A stretch of 64,000 nt of DNA, taken from the NCBI GenBank assembly GCA_040954595.2, contig CM082581.2, positions 14,568,998 to 14,632,997 on the forward strand, written 5' to 3'. The notes beneath the pieces were generated by a model, which was not told where the DNA came from, did no database searches, and saw nothing but the letters and a program-made list of their open reading frames with translations. The stretch comes from Balanoglossus misakiensis (lineage: Eukaryota > Animalia > Hemichordata). Position 1 is the stretch's first letter. Each line of letters begins with the position of its first letter. A program made the translations under genes and the position numbers. Shown piece by piece: positions 1 through 12,843 of the stretch.

Positions 1-3000
1 GCCTGCACAGAGGTACATGTACCAGGCACCTCTGTTGAGTCTGTGTCCTTGGGCCATCAACACAGAACTGGCTGATTGCCAACTCATTTCTGTTTCAAAT
101 ATATGCCACCAGGCTGTTTTCGTCTGTTCAAAGGAGTTGCACAAACAGATCCTGTACCAGTAAAGTACAGGACAATATTTACCAGCAAATCTGTATCTAA
201 ATACTATCTTGGCACATTCTCAAAGTGGTTATTTGCAGTTCTTCATAGTGGGAAGTAAATGTCGCAACACACATTGAACATTAATCCCAGTTTTAATATT
301 TCTTCACATCACATATCACAATTTTCATCTCTGGCTCACCATCTAAAAAATTAAAAAAAATTATATTGAAAAATCTGTTCTAGGAAAAGTCCTGTCAGAA
401 ACTATATGATTAGGAAAAAATTTCGATAACCTTAAAAATTCCTGCAGAATTCACTTGAGGCTTTTAGTAGTGGATTGTTAGTTGCCAGATCTGAAATTCA
501 TGACACCGCCCATTATTAATTGGAATGTGGCAGCATACTATTTTTATGCGGCATCTGTGAGTTCACATACAGGTACTTCTGTGTAGAAACCAACAGTGTA
601 ATGAATGTTGAAATAGTATGGTGATGTGTTTTGTCAGAGTTTAATAGCTTGCGAATCTATCTCAACATTTAGTCAGTGTAGACCTACAAAGTCGAAACTA
701 CAATTATAAGTACATGAAATTACATTTAAATAGTTACATAATTGTATATACATTCCATGTTCCATGACGAGGCCAAATTTTCTACTCCAATAACATACTT
801 AAGCACTTCTCCATTTTTGGCATGAAATGTGGGATTTAAATTCATCAACTTTGTTGCCAAACACAATGAACAAATATTTGCTTGTTCCTTTTAAAATTCC
901 ATTTCTGTGTTGTATAATTGATTTTCTGAAAAAGACAAACAAATATCACATGTTCGTTTTGTTGCACAATACATTTTTGTCCTTTTGTATCAAAAATAAT
1001 TCCAATACACAAAACTTCCTGCCCATAATAATCTATCACTTGCTTCACCCAAGGTTTAAGCAATAGCAGTTTGCATAGTAGAAAAGTGACTACCAATACC
1101 TTTACCAATACCTTTACAGTGTAAAATCTGATCAGAATCATTTCAAACTTATTCTTAATTTATTCAAATAGGCAAACAGAGGTTACTATTATTCCAATGG
1201 CACTTTTGTGGAGGGTAGTACCCAGGTAAATGTTACCAGGGTTCCCCAGTCATTTTAGGAGAAGTCAATGTCAAATTTCAAAAATCAAGTAGGTGATAAC
1301 GGGGAGGAAATGGTGTATATTAAATATAAAGCAATTGTTTGAGATTTTGGCTTCTGTACAGTTTTGCAGCCAATATCCTACAATGTGTGTGGGGTCAGTG
1401 CCGTGAAGGATGTTTTGAATGGAGAATTTTGGACCAGAAATTGCTGAAAGATAAAAGTTCAGCTCATTTGTGAAGAAGATGACCCACCTTATAAACTCGA
1501 AGTTGAATATGGTAGATTGTACTTTTCTCTGTGCCCATTGAAGCAACTAACAGATTTGCATGACTTACATTTTTTATGAATAAAGTAAAACCATGTGAAC
1601 TAAAGGATAATGATCATCTTTTGCGCATGTGCCAAACCAGAGACTCAGGTTACAAAAATTGTATAAAGTCAATGACATAAGGCAGTGTGCTGCCCTAACA
1701 ACAGACAAGATGGCGGTGACCATAGTCTGTATCGAAGATCGGGAAAAGACAGCAAATTGGGTGAAACGAAGTGACAAAACTAAAGTCTACTTATAATTTG
1801 TGCACGAAATATGGAAGTGAACGGTGTCCACTATTTGAATGTGTTGAACGCAAAATTTGGAGAACATTTAGATGTTTAGATGGGCGTAATGTTTGTAACA
1901 CACAAAATTATGCACGTGTGTATAAGACGATCGTCGGCCTTTAAATATGAAAAGTTCATCATGAGATCATACAGTGCCATTATTCTTCAATACCATTATA
2001 TACTCCTACGGAGTTCAGTGTGTGGCCACTTTAGCTGTTTATGCCAAGCTTCTGTTCCACTCCCCCTCCCCCCCCCCAATTGTTGTAGTTGCCCGACCTG
2101 CATCGGAGAAAGTGGGCTAGACTTATAATGGGTAGAGTCACATGATGGGTACAGTACAATGCACTTTGTTCACACTTTCCCTTATCTGGTTTTGCAATGC
2201 CATGTCTATTGCCTGTTGATGTGTTGAATTCATTGTCATTACATGTAACTCTTTGTACACATTTACTTCTTTCTGTAAAACATACAGCATACAGCTGACA
2301 CTAATCTGATATTTTGCTGAGTATAGCAGTGTGCTCTAAACCCTTTGACTGCCTTGATTCAGTCCCTACCCATTGTTTTCTATGGTAAAGTTGGACCTCT
2401 ATAGAGGGATAAAGAGCAATTTCATACAGCCATGAAAGGTGCCCTGACCAAGATTCCATTGTGTAGCTGACTAGATAAGATGTAGGGTCATTGACACTTT
2501 CTGCAAGAGCGGGGGTAGGTGGGGGGAGGGGGATTGGTTCAAAAGTTTCTTTACATTCGTAATGCAACCTACACTGCATGGTGTCTCAGAAGAAGGTTGT
2601 TCTCTCCAACTCTTGTACTTGCACAGGAGTGAGCAGTCAGTTCGTAGTTCCAAAACCAACACTAACTTGCCAGAGCTTGTTGACTTCATAGACCTGCCAG
2701 TTGCTATTTATGTGGTAATTAAAAAAAATCACTATTCTGTTAGGCTATTTTACTCAGAACAGTTTTATAACAGGCCACCCATAAAAATTGCCAGCCTGTG
2801 AACTTATTAGACTTTGTGGATGTGCTCACCCTTGTCGCAAACAAATCAACATCCCTTTGCGAGGGGAGTTGAAACTTATATTCTCTCACATTTTGTTGGT
2901 TAATTGAGATCTCCAAAATTGAGAATAAAAATTGGGGGACACCATGCAAAATTTTCAGAGAGAGCAAAATTGTCTCAAATTTTAATTTCAAAATGGTCGC

Positions 3001-3141
3001 CAATCTTTAAGTTAAATTTGATTTTCTGTCTCACTGTGTGTGTGTGTACCATAACAGGTTCAGTACCTTCATTACCAGGAAATGAAAACTACGTTGATTC
3101 TCATTCAAATGTACCATGCTGTGTCTGTTTGGGTATTTCAG

Positions 3142-3255
3142 ATCAATTTGATGGAGCATTTCAAGCTAAGCACGTCTCGTGATTTCCGAATCAACACTGC
3201 GGCTGTCCAGGCTGCACTGCAACAACAAGATACCAGCTCATCAGAAGATGAAGAG
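3142..3255 (+). CDS. FANCI: FANCI (Fanconi anemia group I), penultimate coding exon
   Basis: tttcag|ATC...GAG|gtgaaa, 114 nt, phase 0/0. Translates INLMEHFKLSTSRDFRINTAAVQAALQQQDTSSSEDEE, matching the conserved FANCI C-terminal motif as I recall it from human (VNLMQHMKLSTSRDFKIK). Confidence 0.9.
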
Positions 3256-4361
3256 GTGAAAATGTTGAATAGTAAAACACAAATTCAAAATTGTAAAAGT
3301 CGAATTGTAGTAGTACTCTCCATAAACAGCTTGTGTTCAAGTAAAACTGGAAACATTGTGTATAAAGACAACATGGCAACTATCAAAGACTTCAAAAATT
3401 AACACATAAAGCTGTCTACAAGATAATTTTCAGGATACAATGCTGCACTTCCACATACCACATAAATCATCTGGCTTATACTTCAGTGCACACCAGGACA
3501 GTTTGCTTTGTTTTTCCTGATAATGATGTCACCATGTCATGAAAAGAATGTCACGATTCACATCAGTTTTATTGTGTTCACACTGACCTGATTGAGTACT
3601 CTGCTTACTTTGAAATGTTTGATTGCGTATCTTTCATTCCATTCTCATGCAAGCACTTGAAGGAGATCAATTGTTTGCATGTTAAACTGGACTCCTGCCA
3701 AATATTCACTGAGACCCCTGATAAGTCTAGAGGGTCTGTTTTGAGACCCGAGTAAACAGTCGTGATTTTCATGTTCACATCATATACATGTATCCCCATG
3801 ATCACGTCAGAGGGGCAGTGACATGATCATGCAAATTTTAAAACTTTGCAAGGCTTCTGAATTTCTGGTACCAGTTAACTGGAAATTAAGTAGACGCGTT
3901 TGTTGTCAAATCGCACTCATAAAAGTGCAATCAGTGAATGCACAACCGAGAGAATTAAAATTTAAACACGGTAAGTCATGTACTTCTCATTGTTAAGATA
4001 TTGATTTATAACATTCCCCTACCCGAAACTATCTACCGAAGAAATGGACTTTTGAAAAGTAATCAGTAATGTATCAGATGAACCTGAGCAAACAAAAAGT
4101 ACATGTATTTTTCATCTTAAGAATATTATTTTCCTATTTGGTTGATTTTTATGGTCTCAAGCACAACTTCTTGAAAATCCTGACATTTGTTTTAAATATT
4201 GACAAGGGCAGCTTGCTTTGTAATCCTTGAAAATGGGATGTGTGGCCTTCAACTTCTTGGACACTGTTTATAAAACACACGGAAGTTCTGGAAGTTTGAA
4301 TTATTTTGTGTGACTGGTGACTTACACCCTGGTGTATCATGATATACTATTCTCTGTCTAG

Positions 4362-4469
4362 GGTGATGAAGAAGAGAGTGATGGAGAAAAGGAAGCCAGT
4401 GATGAACCACTGGCCAAGAAGAGCAAGACAACGAGCAAAGGCAGCAAACTTAAAAAGGGCAGCAAATAA
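4362..4469 (+). CDS. FANCI: FANCI terminal coding exon (acidic tail plus basic NLS-like end)
   Basis: tctctgtctag|GGT...TAA, phase 0. Translates GDEEESDGEKEASDEPLAKKSKTTSKGSKLKKGSK*, resembling the acidic-then-EPAKKK NLS tail of FANCI. Confidence 0.85.
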   Translation, partial: GDEEESDGEKEASDEPLAKKSKTTSKGSKLKKGSK

Positions 4470-4726
4470 CGGACAAGGTGCAGTTGTTCCGTAAAAGAGA
4501 AGACAATTACACATGACAAGATCACTGCCCATTCTGAAAGATTTCATTTCACATGTTTCAGTGTTGTTGTTTTTCTCGTTTGTTTCTCATGAAATTGCTT
4601 CTTCTTTGAAAGAATGTTTTGGGTTCCAGTATTTACAGCCCTGAGCACTGCCATAAACTCATTAGAGTCAGAGCTTACTACAGCCATAAACAGAAGTTTC
4701 CATTGTGGCAGATTTGGGATAACAGC

Positions 4727-4732
4727 AATAAA
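4727..4732 (+). promoter_or_regulatory. Candidate FANCI polyadenylation signal
   Basis: AATAAA about 260 nt after the stop codon, followed by T-rich sequence. Confidence 0.4.
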
Positions 4733-7700
4733 ATGACTTTTATTAACCCACTGGTACCTCTGGTATGTTAGTATGGTTGATCCAAAGATGTAGGCTCCTT
4801 CTTCCGGGTGGGGGGGGGGGCATGTCGATGTTCCAAGGTATTAGTCAGACATGCTCAAAGTGAACTCATTCAAGTATTAGGGTATCAAGAACACTTTGCA
4901 TTTCCTTGCACACATGTACACCTGTATGTTTACTTTCTTAACACTGTATGTAGGACAAGTTATTCAGTTTCACACAAACGTACAAAACACATTTCTGGTT
5001 CCTTGTCTCAAATTGCACACTTTGTGTCCCTCAGTTGACATCCAAAATGGCCACTTTCACATATTCTGCCATGAAGCAGCCTGACAGTTTATCAACTGTT
5101 GTTTACTATACATATGTATTTTATTGGCATGCAAATTTATAAGGGAGATTAAGCAAAGTATCAGGATCTTCAACTGTTGAGTCAGTCCTATCTGAAATGT
5201 TTTTTTTTGTCAATTATGATATATAGACAAACTATTTTGTTTTGACAACTTTATTGATATGTTATTTCTTGATAACAGCTACTCTTTGAATTCAGCATAA
5301 TATTGTTTCTTCAAAAACTGATAAATAATATAAACTGATTTTACAGCAGTCCAGTGTTTTTTTTTCTAATCTTTAAGAGTTTCTCATTGATGATAGATTA
5401 AATCTATGGCAGTATACAAATGATGACTAAAAATATCTGATCTATACTGCCATATCTTTTATTTAAACTTAGACCAACCACTCGCCTCCACAAGTATCTT
5501 TGTACTCATTACTGAGGCTCATGAAATACATTATGACCCTTTTTTATATTGGAGAGTATTACGTCTTAGGATTTATGCAACAAAAATTCTCCTGCACACA
5601 CTACTTGTACATCCATTAAAACATTGTATGGGAACTTTCTGAACTTGCTGCTTCCCCCTTTATAAATTATTCATGTGTATGGTTACATGTGAGTTAATGA
5701 GGCATGAGGAATTTAGACTGACTGCCTCTTTGTAAAGTAATGATAGGCTGTAGATGGTATGGCACCCAGTAACATAGAAGTCTAGACCATGTTGGACATC
5801 TAGTAAATCTAGCTACAGTATTGGCCATTGTTTTTTTAACATTTGAAAATCCATTTGTTATATGGACACATGCTTTGAAATGTCTGTAAAACCATAGACA
5901 ACTCTCAACCATAGATAACTCTTCCCCCCTCTACTGTCTGTGGTAAAACTATATGAAATTCATTGGCATATTGCAACCATACACACACACACATAAACAT
6001 TGAAATGTAATGTCTTAAATTTCCATGTTTATTGCTTACAGTTTGCAAAATAGCACACAATGCTTCATGTAAGGACAAACAGAACACAATATCATCGAGC
6101 GACATTCAAAACAATAAAAGCATTTGTCCGGAAGTATTATAGCTAGTACATTAATTATTACAATAGTAAAGTAGTATGCCACATCCCCCACTGTAATCTT
6201 AGTATGCCTTGCAAGGCATCTTGTATGGGATCCTGGTTAAGATTAGAACACCAAGTGATCTTTTTGTCCCGTTTGAAGACAGAACCTTGGTGTGTTTATT
6301 CTCCTGAAGTCATATTTCAGGACCCCTCAAGTCTCTCATACAAATATTAAGCATACAAGAACATTGTATTTTTAGAACAAATTTGGAATGCAAGTCCATG
6401 TACATAAAAGGCACAGAAGATTCCATTTTTTCACCCGAACATAAATATGTAAAACAAAAAATCACTCTGGAAAGTAACTGTATAAAAGGTACACTTGTTA
6501 GCTATCATATAGTTGCGTACACATGAGTATAGTAAATCATAAAATCTCTTTCTACTTGAAAGCTGTAAAATACATAAGCTGCACATGCGAGCTATTAAAC
6601 AATGACAAACACTGTCAACATTTGATTTAGTTTGTTCCCTGTGTCCCCTGAATTGCTCTATCACTTCATATTTTTACCAATGTTCCTTTTCTGTAAATTT
6701 CAAGTGTTTCTCAGACTGAACAATTTATAGTGGTTAGACTGTGGCAACCAGAAATGCTACTTCAATTTTGGACTTTGGATTATCTCTTTACAGTTATTTA
6801 AAAGACTGAATGTTATGTCCATGTCATATCACAGTTCACTTGGAAATATGTTGTACAATAACGATTCCACTGGTACCTTGCATTGGTTATATATATTTTG
6901 TTGACAAAGTGTCCCGTTATAATTAAAAGTTCAAACTCTTCACTTAACATGCAAGAGAACACTAAAACTCTGCGATTCCTTTTTTGGAAATTTTCACAGA
7001 GAATACAAGTGCTATTTTCCAAGCCTTAACATGATACTTTCAAGGTACATAGTACATACAGATGAGTTGCTGGTATTTGTGCATATGAAAGTGTGTCCCT
7101 TACATCTAGCGTAACACTCCAGACTTGCACTTCACAAATTCCACAGAGAGTCAATCAACCCCCACGTTGTCACAGTGGAATAGTCCAGCTATTCTCCTTC
7201 ACTGGACCAACCAACTGTGGAGAAAACTGTAGGGTTCAACTGCCATGACTACTGCACCCTAACAAATTGTCAGAAAAAAAAATGGTGCCTGTCACAGTGT
7301 AAACACTGAGATCACATGACACACTTTTTGTGGACACAAAAAACCACATTACATGTTCATTTCATTAAGTGAATGCACTAGGTTGATACCAGCTAACTCT
7401 TATAAAGCATGAAGTTACCAAATATGGTAAAACATCTCGTTTATATGTAATTTTTCAAAAGATAGCCTCCTGAAAACTTTTGATAAATTCTATCATAAGA
7501 AAAGTTACACAGCAGATTGAAAAAAGTTACTAAATCTGAAACATCTCTTTAAATGCCATAGTAAATAAATACATGAACATGAATAAATATGATATGTTCA
7601 TTAAACATTATGTAATTTAGAATTCAATTTCTAGTAAATCCTTCGTCCGTTTCTGCAGCATGAGCTGAACTGTGACATCAAATTGCGATGTGGATTCTAT

Positions 7701-7850
7701 CAGTCACAGTCGCGACGAAGCAGTACCTTGATTCTAAGTTTGTAGCCCAATTTTTTTAAAGACAAACAAAATATCAATGAGATATTCCTCTGTCTGTGCG
7801 CATACAGTTCTGTGAAATTCATGAAATGCCTTCAGATTGGACCATGAGAT

Positions 7851-7902
7851 TTAATATTCATCCGGAACAACAAACTTTGGAGCTTGCAGTATTTCTGGTA
7901 TC
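7851..7902 (-). CDS. PH/tandem-PDZ adaptor gene, coding exon 11 (terminal)
   Basis: ctcttgctaacag|G ATA CCA...GAA TAT TAA. Phase 2 fits the upstream exon; gives (W)IPEILQAPKFVVPDEY*. Confidence 0.6.
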
Positions 7903-8705
7903 CTGTTAGCAAGAGATTTTCAAGGCGGCTGATTACAATTCGCTTTTCATCAAAATCTTTTACAAATCTTGTCTCATGAATGTAATGATATTGTTTGGTA
8001 ATCAGAGTTGGTTAAATATACAGAAAAATGAACATAATTTTAGATTTACAATGGATTAATCATTTAAAATTGTGTCATATCACATGATATTCTGATTAAA
8101 TGTCATAGCTGTAGTTTTTCATTGAATGTCTGGATCTGCTAAATTACATGCAAATAGTCACACTTAGAAATTACATAGTTAGAAAGATCTCTTTTAACAG
8201 TAAGTGCATTATGTTACAATTTCTGCTGTCAGATATTCTTAACTATTGATTAATAGCCAAATAAAACAAGCATCGTTACCGACTTATTATTAATATAGCT
8301 ATAAAGTAACATAACGGACATGCAAGCATATCATCTTTACAATGTTAATTTGTAATTGTAGCCACCAAAGCCTAATTTGCACACTGTACATGTCAACTGC
8401 TTTAGTTTATAAAAACAAAACATTTCAGTAACATAACAAAGATCCATTGGCAATATTTGTGCATGCTTGGTGTGAATGTCCACATTGTCTACTCTGGGTA
8501 CGGCATTTTCAGTGCAGGTTAGCAATCATGCTGGATTGGAAGTTCTCCTTATGCGTGGCGTCGATACGAAGCCATTTGTTAGTTTAACTGCAGCAATGCC
8601 TTAATTATAACTGCAGCTTTGTCAGTTCTTTTGAAGCAGAACAGCCAGCCAGTTAGTGTGGCCAGCAGCGGTTGGTTTTAAGATGGATTGAAGGCATATG
8701 CATAC

Positions 8706-8809
8706 CAGTTTTTGGTCTCTTGAAGCTGTCTTTTCAGTTCCTTGATGAAATCGCACGGTTGTACCAGTATCACGATGTCTAGACCGACATCTTGCAGTTG
8801 CTTTTTCAC
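8706..8809 (-). CDS. PH/tandem-PDZ adaptor gene, coding exon 10 (end of PDZ2)
   Basis: gtacag|GTG...TG|gtatgc. VKKQLQDVGLDIVILVQPCDFIKELKRQLQETKN resembles the syntenin PDZ2 end (VVTITIMPAFIF). Confidence 0.85.
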
Positions 8810-9122
8810 CTGTACCCAGCAAATTAACAAAAATCGCTGTTATCATGATGATACTTTCTGAACAATGCACTTTCGAAATTGCAGTACAATTCACAGGCAT
8901 ATTATCAGTATGATTAAAGCTTGTAAATTCATTGAAAAATAATGTATGTACTGGTAGATAGAACCTCATGCCATATAATGACAAATAATTTGTGCTTATA
9001 CCATAAACCATCACGTGAAAGGATTCAATCGAGTGCTACTTTGAGCTAACAATCGACGGTGATCACAGAAAACATGGAATAATTTCACGTGCACAAAAAA
9101 TAGTATACAAAATATGACTTAC

Positions 9123-9263
9123 CTTTTGTGTGGAAGCAAACAGTGAAATTGGCTCAAAGTTGATTTCTGTTATCGCCCAGTTGCTGAGTCGATCAGAAAT
9201 GCTTCTACATTTGGGTTTCAGACCACTGGCATATGCAAGACCTTGAATGAACACCTGATCAAT
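9123..9263 (-). CDS. PH/tandem-PDZ adaptor gene, coding exon 9 (PDZ2)
   Basis: ctgcag|ATT...AAG|gtaagt, 141 nt. IDQVFIQGLAYASGLKPKCRSISDRLSNWAITEINFEPISLFASTQK. Confidence 0.88.
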
Positions 9264-9524
9264 CTGCAGATTAGGAAGAAAATACAGCTCTGCTCAATTT
9301 TCCCTCGTAGAATACAATATAAGACTGGTTCATTTCTAAGTATTGCTTATCATAAACAATCGCGGCTAGTTGCTGGGTTTTGTCTTCAATTAGGATGATT
9401 TATAAGTGTTTGATTTTTCTTTCTCGGTTGGGTTTTTCCTAATTCAATGTCATGTACATTGTCATCTGAATTAGATTGTTTATCCAAACAAAAGCTGAAA
9501 TTGAGAAGCGGGTTTTCAAATTAC

Positions 9525-9647
9525 CTCTGAGTGAACTGCTATGCCAGTACTCATACTTTTGACCACTATACCCCAGTCTTCATCAGGATGGTGCCTGTTC
9601 ATGGCAAACATCTGACCCAGGGGCATTCGACGGAATTGAACTTTGAC
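9525..9647 (-). CDS. PH/tandem-PDZ adaptor gene, coding exon 8 (PDZ1-PDZ2 linker)
   Basis: tttatcag|GTC...GAG|gtaatt, 123 nt. VKVQFRRMPLGQMFAMNRHHPDEDWGIVVKSMSTGIAVHSE. Confidence 0.88.
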
Positions 9648-9923
9648 CTGATAAATAAAAAACCATCAAGTCCATTAAGTCGTCAAATTCAGCCAAATGT
9701 GGGTAAATTTTCCACGGCATTCTGTTTAACAGCAATCCAAAATTTTCTGTTGAATGCTACAGAAGCATCAGAATCTATAGAATACTCTAGAACTATATAG
9801 AAGGGCACTGCCACACAAAACCTCGTGTTTTTTTCCTACACAGATTGAAACCTGCAAAATTCATGTCTTCTGGAAAGTGGAATATCTAAAAGTGAAAGCA
9901 GACCTAGGTGTATGTGCACTTAC

Positions 9924-10059
9924 CACTGATGGTGATCTCTCGATGGCATCATATGCTTCGGCCACAGATTCCACGGCCTTGTCATTGATGGCTAAAATTT
10001 GATCGCCGACATGGAAAGTGTTCTGCAAGCTTTGGATGTCTGATTTCCAACCAGCAACC
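9924..10059 (-). CDS. PH/tandem-PDZ adaptor gene, coding exon 7 (PDZ1 core)
   Basis: ttcgcag|G GTT...GTG|gtaagt. Contains the PDZ signature FHVGDQILAIND. Confidence 0.9.
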
Positions 10060-10382
10060 CTGCGAACGAACAAAGACCAAAATGTCACATTATTCAGGAA
10101 TCCAAATCACAAAAATAAAATCAATATATCAATATATAAAGTATGTTTACAATATTTTTGTATATTTATAATAGAGTCCCTTTATTAAGATAAGACAATG
10201 TGACTAAAAAATGATATGAGTCATGATACGTTTTCCTGACTAAAATGAGTACCGGTACACCACAAATTTTATAGTAAGTTGATATCTGACAGCTGTATAA
10301 GCAGACACTCACACATAGACTGCAGAAGTGAATATGAAAATACTTGTGACAGGTTAAATTGACCCCCAAAAACTCCACTTAC

Positions 10383-10490
10383 CATACACTGTTAACAATA
10401 CCAACTAAAGCCACACTTTTACCAGCAAGGTATTCTCTCAGAATTGTTCTTGTCATTCCTTCGGTCTGTTTCATTTCTGAGTCCAACATA
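10383..10490 (-). CDS. PH/tandem-PDZ adaptor gene, coding exon 6 (start of PDZ1)
   Basis: ttttcag|T ATG...GTA TG|gtaagt, 108 nt, phase 2/2. (D)MLDSEMKQTEGMTRTILREYLAGKSVALVGIVNSV(W). Confidence 0.88.
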
Positions 10491-10626
10491 CTGAAAATTA
10501 AGTCAAATTAAAATTTTAAATAAGGCAGATGAACACAATAAGTAAAGTGTACTATTTTTATGACATCTTTCGTTTAAGTTAAGTGTCTCAGACAAAGATA
10601 CACTTATGTACTATACACAAAAGTAA

Positions 10627-10805
10627 AATTCTATAGACATCAATAGAATGTTATAGCCTATAGAACTTTCATTGAAATTTATTGAACATCTGGGACATCA
10701 ATAGACTTCTATAGCCTATAGAATTTCCATTGAAATTTATAGAATTTCAATGGACATCGACAGAATTCTACACCTATAGAATTGACATTGGAATTTTTCT
10801 ATTGA
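10627..10805. repeat. Degenerate intronic tandem repeat, about 3 copies of ~57 bp
   Basis: Recurring gacatcaataga...tagcctatagaa...cattgaaattt. Confidence 0.6.
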
Positions 10806-10876
10806 ATTTTATGCAAATGTCAGAATGCTATTGAACTTTAAGAACATTTTTCATAAAGGGCGTTTTGAATACTTAC

Positions 10877-12125
10877 TCAAAGCTGAGTTTTCTTTCCTTT
10901 TTGGAACTCCTGCTTTCCGGTATTTTCGGCTTGAAATAATTTGGGTCCTGAGAATAGAGGTTTGCTTCTTGCTCTTGTGGTATCCTAGCCAGTACTTCAG
11001 GATGGAGTTGCCTGAAAGTGTTAAATTCATCGTCATCAAGCAGGTTTGGCATTGACCCAGACCTTGACCGCCTCTTCATCTTCTGTGCGCTGCTGCTAAC
11101 TTTGCATGGATTGATAAGAATGGCTTCTTGAGAGTTCTGCATGGCAGACATACTTGCATAGTTCGACCGTCTGACTGGTGGTGGTGGCGGTGGTGGTCTG
11201 CAGGGCAACTCTGCTGGATTATAATCCAAATAAGGAGAATCATCATCAAACAAATCACTGTCTCTCCCTGGATTTCCCATTGGAGGAGGTGGCAGAGATC
11301 CGTTCCCAGGCAGAGTTGGACCACCTGGTGGGTTTGGCAGTGGTCTTGTAGCTAGTTCCTGTCGTGACAGTTTCCTGGTCCTTAGAGCTGGCTTGTCTGT
11401 GGGCGAAGTGTCTCCTGATTCTTGAGAATACAAATTTGAAGAAAGTGTCCCTTCTCCCGGGTTCGGTAATGGTCTATTGAGCATTTCCTGTTGCGATAAT
11501 TTCCGGGTCTTGGTATTTTTCACTGGCACTGGCACAGGGGGTATGTCATACGGCGGTGGCTCATCAAACGGGTCTGTCATGGACCTGGATGGGGGGAATG
11601 GAAATGATGATGATGGGGAAGAGTCTGAGTGTCGGGAATTATGTCGCACATCAGCTGTAGAAGAGTTCTGTAATGCAACGGGAGGTACCACACTCCCATT
11701 TCTTCTGTCTCTAACTTTCGGCGAGTTCGGTATATTCTGTTCTGGAATTATATTTGCTAAGACTTCCGGTGACAGATGGTTATACATATTGGTAGAGAGT
11801 TTGCGACGCCTTCCATGCTGCTTTGACGCTGCTGCCGCCGCCTCGCTCTGCTCCTCAGTCATCGTGTCGGTTTCTCTCCCCCCCGTCACTTCCGGTTGAT
11901 CGGGAAGACTGTCTGTCCTTGGTGGGGGTGGTGGTTTCTTCCTCTGTTCCTCCCCCTGGCAAATGTTTTCATTTTGAAGTGTTTTGATGACGCTGAAATC
12001 TTGGTAGTCCTCCTCCACTTGCGCCATCTTCTCCTTGCGTTGCATCACATCTTTCTCCCAGTGCAACTGGTTTCTGATGAAGTGAATGTTTTCGTAAATG
12101 ACATCCAAGTCAGCAATGTTGTTAC
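10877..12125 (-). CDS. PH/tandem-PDZ adaptor gene, coding exon 5 (large Pro/Ser/Tyr-motif-rich linker)
   Basis: cattgcag|GT AAC...TTT GA|gtaagt, 1249 nt. Corresponds to the 411-aa ORF; contains poly-Pro, RPLPNP x2, YENI, YDIP and YASM motifs. Confidence 0.92.
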
Positions 12126-12318
12126 CTGCAATGTGGTTGAAAAGTAATTAATTCAACATACATGTACCTAGATGATTTGCACAACAGTGGATGGAATAAA
12201 TGCATACTGGTACATAAAGTAAGGGTACATGTAGCTGGAGAAACGATAGGTGGTATTATCTCTACAGTCAAAAAACCCATCTTCAATTTAAGTTTAATGG
12301 TGAATTGTCTGTGCTTAC

Positions 12319-12451
12319 CATCTTTATTGTACTGAATGACATGCCTCTTCTGACAACACCGAACTCTCTCTTCAACATCAGTACTAACAATTGCGTTCTG
12401 TTGGTCAGGAGAAAGCACTCCTTGGGCAGGTGTGTCTGAATTGGTGTCTGA
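12319..12451 (-). CDS. PH/tandem-PDZ adaptor gene, coding exon 4 (alternative acceptor at 12447 possible)
   Basis: Polypyrimidine tract then ttttccag|TCA GAC...GAT G|gtaagc. The phase-1 end matches exon 5; SDTNSDTPAQGVLSPDQQNAIVSTDVEERVRCCQKRHVIQYNKD(G). Confidence 0.75.
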
Positions 12452-12843
12452 CTGGAAAACGGACGGGACAGGCGTGTAAGAATGTGTTGCAACCATTCAT
12501 GATTAAAAAGACAAATCAAATTCTTGTTTACAAATTTGATTAAAAAATACACTTTGTGTGCTCACTTGAAGACAGGGCAAGACATACATTACATGCAAGA
12601 TTGAACTGTGTGTAAAGGGGGTCAGTTCAAAGATTTGAGCTAGACCACAGCCAACCAGACAATGCAACTATGCTCAAATTCAAGGTCAAGGATGGCTTAT
12701 TGGCATAGAAATGGTTGATAAACCCTTTCACCACCAAGTTCCAGTCCAAATCCATTGTTTTCCATGGAAAGGTTGGACCTCGAGGGAACAGAGGGTGAAA
12801 GGGTTAAGGGCATATGAGCAGAAATGCCCACAGGGTTTTGTAC

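Noticed and set aside
1690-1800. AAGATGGCGG (YY1-like / start-like) motif with a short ORF
   Set aside because: The ORF stops after 28 codons with no convincing donor; likely part of a dispersed repeat fragment whose ends I could not define.
2627-2714. + strand AG...GT segment in frame with the FANCI exon at 3142
   Set aside because: The peptide SEQSVRSSKTNTNLPELVDFIDLPVAIYV does not resemble the conserved FANCI sequence expected just upstream; probably a chance or cryptic exon.
12283-12552. Alternative-frame ORF (TPIQTHLPKECFLL...) over exon 4
   Set aside because: It would end in phase 0 at the 12319 donor, which is incompatible with the phase-1 acceptor of the large exon.
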